A stretch of 34,714 nt of DNA from Rhodospirillales bacterium. GTDB taxonomy: Bacteria; Pseudomonadota; Alphaproteobacteria; CACIAM-22H2. Positions 28,672 to 34,714 of this stretch are shown here, one piece after another; positions within the stretch are counted from its first letter, which is position 1; each line of letters starts with the position of its first letter. The translations under genes were made by a program, and so were the position numbers. The notes beneath the pieces were generated by a model. The model was not told where the DNA came from, did not search any database, and was given only the letters and a program-made list of their open reading frames with translations. The stretch lies in the NCBI GenBank assembly GCA_016195145.1, contig JACQAF010000181.1:1-34714 (forward strand). The letters run 5' to 3'.

Positions 28672-29225
28672 ACGGTCGCCTTGGGTTTCGTGGTGAGATG
28701 CTCTTGCAGGCGGGGCATCAGCTCGACGAGATTGCACGGGCGGTGGCGGTTATCGAGCTGCCAGCGCAGGATTTCTTCCCATCCGTCGCGACAGGCGCCG
28801 GGCGAGCCGGGAAGCGCGAAGAGATAGGTCCCGCCGGCGACGCCGCCGGTCGCCCGGCTTTGCAGCGCCGAGGTGCCGACCTTCTGGAAGCTGATCGTGC
28901 GGAACAGTTCGCCGAAGCCGGCGATTTCCTTCTCGAACACCGACTGAAACGCCTCGGGCGTCACGTCGCGGCCGGTGACCCCGGTGCCGCCGGTCGAGAT
29001 CACGACATCGACCGCCGGATCGGCGATCCAAGCGCGTAGCTGGGCGACGATGGCCGCCCGGTCGTCGCGCACGATGGCGCGCGCCGCCACCTTGTGGCCG
29101 TCGCGCTCGATCATTTCGGCGAGCGTGCGCCCCGACTTGTCCGACGCCGCGTCGCGCGTGTCGGATACGGTCAGAACGGCGATATTGACCGGAAGGAAAG
29201 GTCGCGTTTCGTCAATTTTTGGCAT
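28668..29225 (-). CDS. moaB: Molybdenum cofactor biosynthesis protein B (MoaB/MogA family)
   Basis: 185 aa. Motifs AVLTVSDTR, ISTGGTGVTGRDVTPEA and LPGSPGA. Confidence 0.85.
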   Translation of the reverse strand: MPKIDETRPFLPVNIAVLTVSDTRDAASDKSGRTLAEMIERDGHKVAARAIVRDDRAAIVAQLRAWIADPAVDVVISTGGTGVTGRDVTPEAFQSVFEKEIAGFGELFRTISFQKVGTSALQSRATGGVAGGTYLFALPGSPGACRDGWEEILRWQLDNRHRPCNLVELMPRLQEHLTTKPKATV

Positions 29226-31125
29226 CGGAGACCGACCCGTTCATTGCCTTCGATGGAGCAATGTAGGTCGGCCAGTCGCCGGCGGCAACGGCTTCGAGCG
29301 ACGGCGTGTCCTGCCCCAGCCGCTCGGCATACATCCAGTAATTATAGAGAACGCGAGAGATGAAATGCCGCGTTTCGGGCGACGGCAAGCTTTCGATGAA
29401 CAGCAGCGCATCGTCGCGCACGCTTTCACTGCGCCGCTCCTGCTTTTTCTGCCAGCGCGACAGGTTGCCGGGCCCGCCGTTATAGGCGGCGGCGAGGCGG
29501 ATGAGGTCGCCCTGGACGATTTCGTTGTCGAGCAGATGCTTGATGTATTTCTGCCCGAGCGCGACGTTGAGCTTGGGATCGAACAGATCCTCGGTACGGC
29601 CGCGGAACGAGCCGCCATTCATCACCGCCGCCGTCGCCGGCATTAGCTGCATCAAGCCGCGCGCGCCGGCCGGGCTCTTGGCCCGCGGGTTGAAGCCCGA
29701 TTCCTGGCGCATGAAGGCGTAGACCAGCGCTGGATCGACCTCGAAGCCGTCGGCAGGCCGCCACGGCGGGATGGGGTAGAACGCGCCGTCATGCCGCCGG
29801 CCGTCGAGATCGACCAGTTCCTTGGCCAGGCGCATGGCGAGCGCCGGCATGTCGGCCTGCATGGCGACCGAAAGCACGGCGCGAGTGAGATTGGGGCCGC
29901 CCCGGACGTATAGCCGGCGCAGCTCTCGCTCGGCGCGGGGTTTTTCGCCGACCTGCAGCAAGGCAAAGGCGCGATTGCCGGCGGCCGAGCGCATCAGCGC
30001 CTCGACATCGTTTTCGGTCAGCGGCGGCGGGTCCCAGTTGAACTCTGGCGCGACGCCGAGCGTGCGGCTGGCGAGCAGGCCGTAGAAGGTGCGCGGGTGT
30101 TCCGCGGCGAGGCCGAACCAGTAATTGACGACATCGAACCGGGCGCTACGCGAATGCGACCGCGCGGCCCAGAACGCCCCCGCCGCCACGTCCCAGGGTT
30201 GGGCGTTGGCCGAACGGGCCAGTGCCTCGAACTGGCGGGCGGCGTCGGCAAACCGCTCCTGCCGGAAAAGGGTAAGACCGGCGATCCAGTGGGCGCGCGG
30301 CACGACCTTGCCCGACCGCGAGGCTGCCTCGCGCGCCAGCTCCAGCGCCTTGCTGTCATTGCACTGGGTGAACCAGCCGGTGGCGATCTGCGTTTTCAGA
30401 TAATCGTACTCGCCGCTCGACAGCAGACGCGTCGCCTCGCGCGTATGCAGCAGGCTTTCGGCCCCGGCCAAGTCGCCGGCCCGCAGGCGGGCCCGCATCT
30501 GACCGTTCAGCCCCCCGGCCCGCGACGATCCGTTGCCGACCAGATCGCGGCCGGCCGGCATGGGGGCATCGGGCTGGGCGGCTGAATCGGCGACCAGGGC
30601 CAGTTCGTCGGTGAACGAATTGTCGTCGACCGTCTCGCTGGTCGGCTTGCGCAGCGCCGGGGCCCCCTTGGGCGCGCGGCGCTGGGCCAGGCGGTAAATC
30701 GTTCCAGCGTCGGGATGGTCGGCATAGTCCTTCAACCAAGCCGCCAGCTCGTTGAAGCTCGACCGGTAATGAGTCGGGTGGAGGTACCGTTCGGCCAGCA
30801 CGTGGCCGACCAGCCGACGATCCTTCAGGCGGGCGATCTCGCGGTCGGCGGCCGCCCAATCGGCCCGTTCCTGATGCGCGAAGATATGCCGGTAGATCGC
30901 CGCGTCGGCGGCCGACAGGACGGTGGGAATGCTGGCCAGCCGGTCGGGAACCGCAGGGCCCGGGGGCAGCGAAGCGGTTTCCATCCGGGTCTGGCCGCCC
31001 GATCCTTGCGCCAATACGGGGATGGATAACAAGCCGACCAGGGCGAGCGTAGTAAAAAACGCGCCCGCCGGCCGGCGGTGGCCGGATCTGACAATAGAGG
31101 AAATATTAACCACGCGCGGCCACAT
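29212..31125 (-). CDS. Soluble lytic murein transglycosylase (Slt70-like; superhelical N-domain plus SLT domain)
   Basis: 637 aa. SLT catalytic motifs FMRQESGFNPRAKSPAGARGLMQLMPATA and AAAYNGGPGN, and a signal peptide AFFTTLALVGLLSIPVLAQG. The exact start is uncertain because the 5' end lies in a low-GC island. Confidence 0.85.
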   Translation of the reverse strand: MWPRVVNISSIVRSGHRRPAGAFFTTLALVGLLSIPVLAQGSGGQTRMETASLPPGPAVPDRLASIPTVLSAADAAIYRHIFAHQERADWAAADREIARLKDRRLVGHVLAERYLHPTHYRSSFNELAAWLKDYADHPDAGTIYRLAQRRAPKGAPALRKPTSETVDDNSFTDELALVADSAAQPDAPMPAGRDLVGNGSSRAGGLNGQMRARLRAGDLAGAESLLHTREATRLLSSGEYDYLKTQIATGWFTQCNDSKALELAREAASRSGKVVPRAHWIAGLTLFRQERFADAARQFEALARSANAQPWDVAAGAFWAARSHSRSARFDVVNYWFGLAAEHPRTFYGLLASRTLGVAPEFNWDPPPLTENDVEALMRSAAGNRAFALLQVGEKPRAERELRRLYVRGGPNLTRAVLSVAMQADMPALAMRLAKELVDLDGRRHDGAFYPIPPWRPADGFEVDPALVYAFMRQESGFNPRAKSPAGARGLMQLMPATAAVMNGGSFRGRTEDLFDPKLNVALGQKYIKHLLDNEIVQGDLIRLAAAYNGGPGNLSRWQKKQERRSESVRDDALLFIESLPSPETRHFISRVLYNYWMYAERLGQDTPSLEAVAAGDWPTYIAPSKAMNGSVSDAKN

Positions 31126-31228
31126 GCTGACAGCGCTGATACATGATTAAGTGCCTTGCCGGCAAGCAGAAATAGGCGATCCGCTGGAAGCGGCGTGTGG
31201 ATATGTCTGTGAATTTATTGAAAAGTAG
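31126..31228. other. Core of a low-GC island (about 31000-31320) between the slt start and the truncated UDG
   Basis: Visibly AT-rich compared with the flanks. It contains a 12-bp perfect palindrome CTTGCCGGCAAG (31155-31166) and a short hairpin CCGCT-GGA-AGCGG (31181-31193). Confidence 0.6.
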
Positions 31229-31888
31229 CTATTTATAACCCAATTTTAAGTTTGTTCTTAATTGCCAATAAATCACGCCAAGAATCTCGCTTTTGTCCCG
31301 GAGAACGCAATAAATAAGATGCCGTTCGACGAAGGGCAGGCAGAGACCGATCTCGCTCGCCGTCGGGGTCCGGTTGCCGGGGGGCCGCCAGGGCAGGATA
31401 TTGGTGATATAGACCGAACTCCGGTCGAGCCCGATCCAGGCCAGCATGCGGTCGAGAAGCTGGCCGCTAACCCCGACGAAGGGTTTGCCCTGCCGGTCTT
31501 CGTCCGCCCCAGGGGCCTCGCCGACCAGCATGATCCGGGCCTTGGGGTTGCCGTCGGCAAATACGAGCTTGGTCGCCGTGGCCTTAAGGACACAGCCGTC
31601 GAAAGCGGCGAGCGCCGCTTCGAGTTCGGCGAGCGACTGCGCGGCCCCGGCCAGCGCCCGGGCGCTCTGCTCGCCCGGGCGTTCCGGACGCACAGCGACG
31701 CTTGGCGTTTTGACCGGCATTGCGGCGGGCGGATCAACGGGCCGCGCCGGGGATCGCGCCGGGTTTTCGGTCGGCGGTGGGACGAAACGATCCACGGGCG
31801 CATCGCCGATGGCTTCGTCGGCGCCCATGGCGACAAGCCAGGCAAGCGCCGCGCGCGCGGCGGCGTCGCGATTTTCCGTAGCGGCCAT
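31229..31888 (-). CDS. Uracil-DNA glycosylase family 4-like protein, C-terminally truncated (probable pseudogene/remnant)
   Basis: N-terminal [14 protein letters not shown] and core motif [27 protein letters not shown]...[17 protein letters not shown]. After CLPFVERHL the ORF runs into AT-rich sequence ([28 protein letters not shown]), and the expected C-terminal third with the His motif is missing. The start is chosen at the ATG at 31888; the ATG at 31975 would overlap the divergent ETF-QO start. Confidence 0.65.
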   Translation of the reverse strand: MAATENRDAAARAALAWLVAMGADEAIGDAPVDRFVPPPTENPARSPARPVDPPAAMPVKTPSVAVRPERPGEQSARALAGAAQSLAELEAALAAFDGCVLKATATKLVFADGNPKARIMLVGEAPGADEDRQGKPFVGVSGQLLDRMLAWIGLDRSSVYITNILPWRPPGNRTPTASEIGLCLPFVERHLIYCVLRDKSEILGVIYWQLRTNLKLGYK

Positions 31889-31973
31889 GACGCACAACCG
31901 TAGCACGTTCCGGCCGGGATCGAGTATATGAGTCCGCGACCGGATCGGATCGTCGGCAAGAAGCAGGTGAACC

Positions 31974-33635
31974 ATGGCGCGCGAACGGATGGACTACGAC
32001 GTCGTTATCGTCGGGGCGGGGCCGGCCGGCCTTGCGGCCGCCATCCGGCTGCGTCAGCTCAGCCAGCAGCACGGGCATGAGGTCAGCGTCTGCATCGTCG
32101 AAAAGGGCTCGGAGATCGGCGCGCATATTCTCTCGGGTGCGGTGATCGACCCGATCGCGCTCAACGAGCTGCTTCCCGACTGGCGCGACAAGGATGCGCC
32201 GATCAAGACCCCGGTCAGCGAAGATCGTTTCCTGATCCTGAGCGAGCGCAAGGCGTTGCGCATTCCCAACCTGCTGCTGCCGCCGTTGATGAACAATCAC
32301 GGCAACTACATCGTCAGCCTCGGCAATGTCTGCCGCTGGCTTGCCCAGCAGGCCGAGGGGCTGGGGGTCGAGATTTATCCGGGTTTCGCCGCGGCCGAGA
32401 TCCTCTACCGCGAGGACGGCAGCGTCGCCGGCGTCGCCACCGGCGACATGGGCGTGGGCCGCGATGGCCAGCCGAAGGCGAACCACACGCCGGGCGTCGA
32501 GCTGCACGCCAAATACACCCTGTTCGCCGAGGGCGCGCGCGGTTCGCTGACCAAAACCCTGTTCGCGAAATTCGACCTGCGGGCCGGCGTCGAGCCGCAG
32601 AAATTCGGCATCGGGCTCAAGGAATTGTGGCAGGTCGATCCCGCCCGCCACCGGCCGGGGCTGGTTCTGCACAGCCAGGGCTGGCCGCTCGACAACCGCA
32701 CCGGCGGCGGCTCGTTCCTCTATCATCTGGAGGACAACCAGGTTGCGGTCGGCTTTGTCGTCCACCTCAACTACGAAAATCCGCACCTGTCGCCGTTCGA
32801 CGAGTTCCAGCGCTTCAAGCAGCATCCGGCGATCCGGCCGACCTTCGAGGGCGGCCGGCGGATCGCCTATGGCGCGCGGGCGATCAGCGAGGGCGGGCTG
32901 CAATCGATTCCGAAGCTGGTTTTTCCCGGCGGGGCGCTGATCGGCTGCGCCGCCGGCTTCGTCAACCTGCCGCGCATCAAGGGGTCGCATAACGCAATGA
33001 AGACCGGCATGCTCGCCGCCGAGGCGGCGTTCGAGGCCTTGCGCGCCGGAGCCGATGGGCTCGAGGAACTCGCGGCCTATCCGGCAGCGTTCCGGCGGTC
33101 GTCGGTTTATGCCGACCTTTACAAGGTGCGCAACGTCAAGCCGGGTCTCAAATGGGGCATGTGGCTCGGCACGGCGCATGGCGGGCTCAATATGTGGCTC
33201 AACGATCTCGGTCTCGGATTCCTTGTGCCGTGGACCCTGAAACACGGCAAGGCGGACCACGATTCGCTACGGCCGGCGGCGGAGTCACCCAAGATCGCCT
33301 ATCCGAAGCCCGACGGCGCGATCAGCTTCGACAAGCTGTCCTCGGTCTTCATCTCCAACACCAATCACGAGGAAGACCAGCCGGTCCATCTCCGGCTGAC
33401 GAAACCGGACGTGGCGATCGCGACCAATCTCGCGCTCTACGACGCGCCGGAGCAGCGTTATTGCCCGGCCGGGGTGTACGAGATCGTGCGCGAGGCGGAC
33501 GGCTCCAATCCGCGCCTGCAGATCAACGCGCAAAACTGCGTCCACTGCAAAACCTGCGACATCAAGGACCCAACCCAGAATATCGACTGGGTCGTGCCCG
33601 AGGGCGGCGGCGGGCCGAATTACGCCAATATGTGA
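31974..33635 (+). CDS. Electron transfer flavoprotein-ubiquinone oxidoreductase
   Basis: 553 aa. FAD motif [16 protein letters not shown], plus GDMG..RDG and a C-terminal 4Fe-4S motif ([27 protein letters not shown]). Confidence 0.95.
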   Translation: MARERMDYDVVIVGAGPAGLAAAIRLRQLSQQHGHEVSVCIVEKGSEIGAHILSGAVIDPIALNELLPDWRDKDAPIKTPVSEDRFLILSERKALRIPNLLLPPLMNNHGNYIVSLGNVCRWLAQQAEGLGVEIYPGFAAAEILYREDGSVAGVATGDMGVGRDGQPKANHTPGVELHAKYTLFAEGARGSLTKTLFAKFDLRAGVEPQKFGIGLKELWQVDPARHRPGLVLHSQGWPLDNRTGGGSFLYHLEDNQVAVGFVVHLNYENPHLSPFDEFQRFKQHPAIRPTFEGGRRIAYGARAISEGGLQSIPKLVFPGGALIGCAAGFVNLPRIKGSHNAMKTGMLAAEAAFEALRAGADGLEELAAYPAAFRRSSVYADLYKVRNVKPGLKWGMWLGTAHGGLNMWLNDLGLGFLVPWTLKHGKADHDSLRPAAESPKIAYPKPDGAISFDKLSSVFISNTNHEEDQPVHLRLTKPDVAIATNLALYDAPEQRYCPAGVYEIVREADGSNPRLQINAQNCVHCKTCDIKDPTQNIDWVVPEGGGGPNYANM

Positions 33636-33683
33636 CCGAGCTAAATCCGCCGGGAGCGATGGCGCGGGCGCAACGGATTGGCT

Positions 33684-34714
33684 ATGCTCGCAGGGCGTCG
33701 CCTCGACGGCGCAGAAGGGCAGACGGCGAACTTGCAATCACGTTTACGGTTGAACGCGGCTCGGCGGGCAGGCACGGTCGCGCTCGTATTGGCGCTGGGC
33801 GCTTGCGCCGGCCAGACTGGCGGTCTCGGCGATGGGTCTGCCGACCTCCAGCTTGACTCGGCGCTTGGCAACTATCTCGCCGCTCGCCATGCCGAGCGTA
33901 TCCGCGACTTCACCGGCGCCGCGCGTTATTTCAGCGAGGCGCTCGCCCGCGAGCCCGAAAATTTCGAGCTTCTGACCCGCGCTCACACTTTTTTGATCGA
34001 TGCGGGCGAATTCAGCCGCGCGGTGGCCGTGGCCGAGCGCATTCTGCGCCTCAATCCGGCCAGCCCGTCGGCGTCGTTGACGCTGGTCGTCGATGCGGCG
34101 CGCCGGGGCGACTTCGCCGCCGCCCGCCAGCGGATGGAGGGCCAACCGCTCGCCGGCGTCAACCGCCTCGTCGTGCCGCTGATGACCGCCTGGCTGGAGC
34201 TGGGGCAGAGCCGGCCGGCGGCGGCGCTCAACGCCTTGCGTCCGGTCGGCGAGGTCAGCGGCTTCAAGCCGCTTTACGAATATCACGCGGCGCTGATCAA
34301 CGATCTGGCCGACCGGCTCGATGCGGCGGAAGCGCATTACCGCCGCTCGCTCGAAATCGAGGGCGGGCCGCCGGCGCGGCTGGTCGAGGCGGCAGGCGGA
34401 TTTCTCGAACGGCGCGGCCAGGCCGACGCGGCGCGGGCGGTTTACGCCCTCTACACCGCGCAAAACCCCGATTCGGCGACGATCGGCGCATCGCTGACGC
34501 GCCTGGGCAACGGCAGCGCGCCCATGCGTCTCGTCCCCGACGTTAAGGCCGGGCTGGCCGAGGCGCTGTTCAATCTCGCCGGGGCGTTGCGCCAGGAAAA
34601 CTCCAACAGTCTGGCGCTTGTATACGGTCGCTTGGCGATGGCGCTAGTCCCGGATCTGTGGGCTGCGGTCATCCAGGTCGCCGACGTTCTCGAAAGCCAG
34701 GGCCAGCGGACGGA
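33684..34714 (+). CDS. TPR-repeat lipoprotein, 3'-partial (runs off the window end)
   Basis: This ORF is not in the supplied track because it has no stop in the window. I translated it by hand: the frame opens after the TAA at 33642-33644 and stays open to 34714. It has a lipobox (ALVLALGAC-AGQ) and TPR-like helices (NYLAARHAERIRDFTGAARYFSEALAREPENFELL...). Start candidates are the ATG at 33684, the TTG at 33732 and the TTG at 33750; the last gives a canonical short signal peptide. Confidence 0.7.
   Translation, partial: MLAGRRLDGAEGQTANLQSRLRLNAARRAGTVALVLALGACAGQTGGLGDGSADLQLDSALGNYLAARHAERIRDFTGAARYFSEALAREPENFELLTRAHTFLIDAGEFSRAVAVAERILRLNPASPSASLTLVVDAARRGDFAAARQRMEGQPLAGVNRLVVPLMTAWLELGQSRPAAALNALRPVGEVSGFKPLYEYHAALINDLADRLDAAEAHYRRSLEIEGGPPARLVEAAGGFLERRGQADAARAVYALYTAQNPDSATIGASLTRLGNGSAPMRLVPDVKAGLAEALFNLAGALRQENSNSLALVYGRLAMALVPDLWAAVIQVADVLESQGQRT

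Noticed and set aside
31155-31166. The 12-bp perfect palindrome CTTGCCGGCAAG as a terminator or transposon end.
   Set aside because: It has no loop, no flanking U-tract and no matching inverted copy elsewhere in the window. It is kept only as a descriptive element of the low-GC island.
31889-31975. A UDG ORF start at 31975 that would overlap the divergent ETF-QO start codon (31974) within CCATGG.
   Set aside because: Overlapping divergent start codons leave no promoter space. The internal ATG at 31888 gives the family-typical N-terminus [27 protein letters not shown].

Overview
This is a high-GC (about 68-72% by hand counts on sampled lines), densely packed chromosomal segment with alphaproteobacterial gene content; the exact taxon cannot be set without a database search. 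I can support 31 protein-coding genes, many joined by 1-14 nt start/stop overlaps. I recognised no rRNA, tRNA, CRISPR array, IS/transposase, integrase, phage gene or known defence gene.

Layout:
- Left (0-15 kb): M16 peptidase pair, pgi, mutL, a large SAM-methyltransferase, rsmD, a pseudouridine synthase, a C26 amidotransferase-like hydrolase, tadA, a small conserved ORF, an MBL hydrolase, purD, xseA and an M23 peptidase.
- Centre (15-21.7 kb, minus strand): a late Kdo2-lipid A cluster. In transcription order it is a membrane di-iron hydroxylase, an msbA-like exporter, DUF374, waaA/kdtA, lpxK and an LpxL/HtrB-family acyltransferase.
- Right (21.7-28.7 kb), more accessory-looking: an ArsR-rhodanese fusion regulator behind an AT-rich palindromic island, a PA0069-type radical SAM protein, a GAF/HD-GYP phosphodiesterase and an APH-like kinase. 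A three-gene ATGA-coupled unit follows: GT2, DUF2064 and a TTC38-family protein.
- Far right: moaB, an Slt-type lytic transglycosylase, a C-terminally truncated family-4 UDG next to a low-GC island, ETF-ubiquinone oxidoreductase and a partial TPR lipoprotein. That last ORF is missing from the supplied track because it has no stop inside the window.

I did not find a convincing, self-contained novel system. The observations most worth follow-up are:
- the kinase / GT2-DUF2064-TTC38 module;
- the ArsR-rhodanese regulator and its nested-palindrome operator;
- the anomalous DUF374/kdtA junction;
- the homology and composition breakpoint at the left window edge;
- the low-GC scar that truncates the UDG gene.

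All family assignments come from motif recognition by eye and need HMM/BLAST confirmation.
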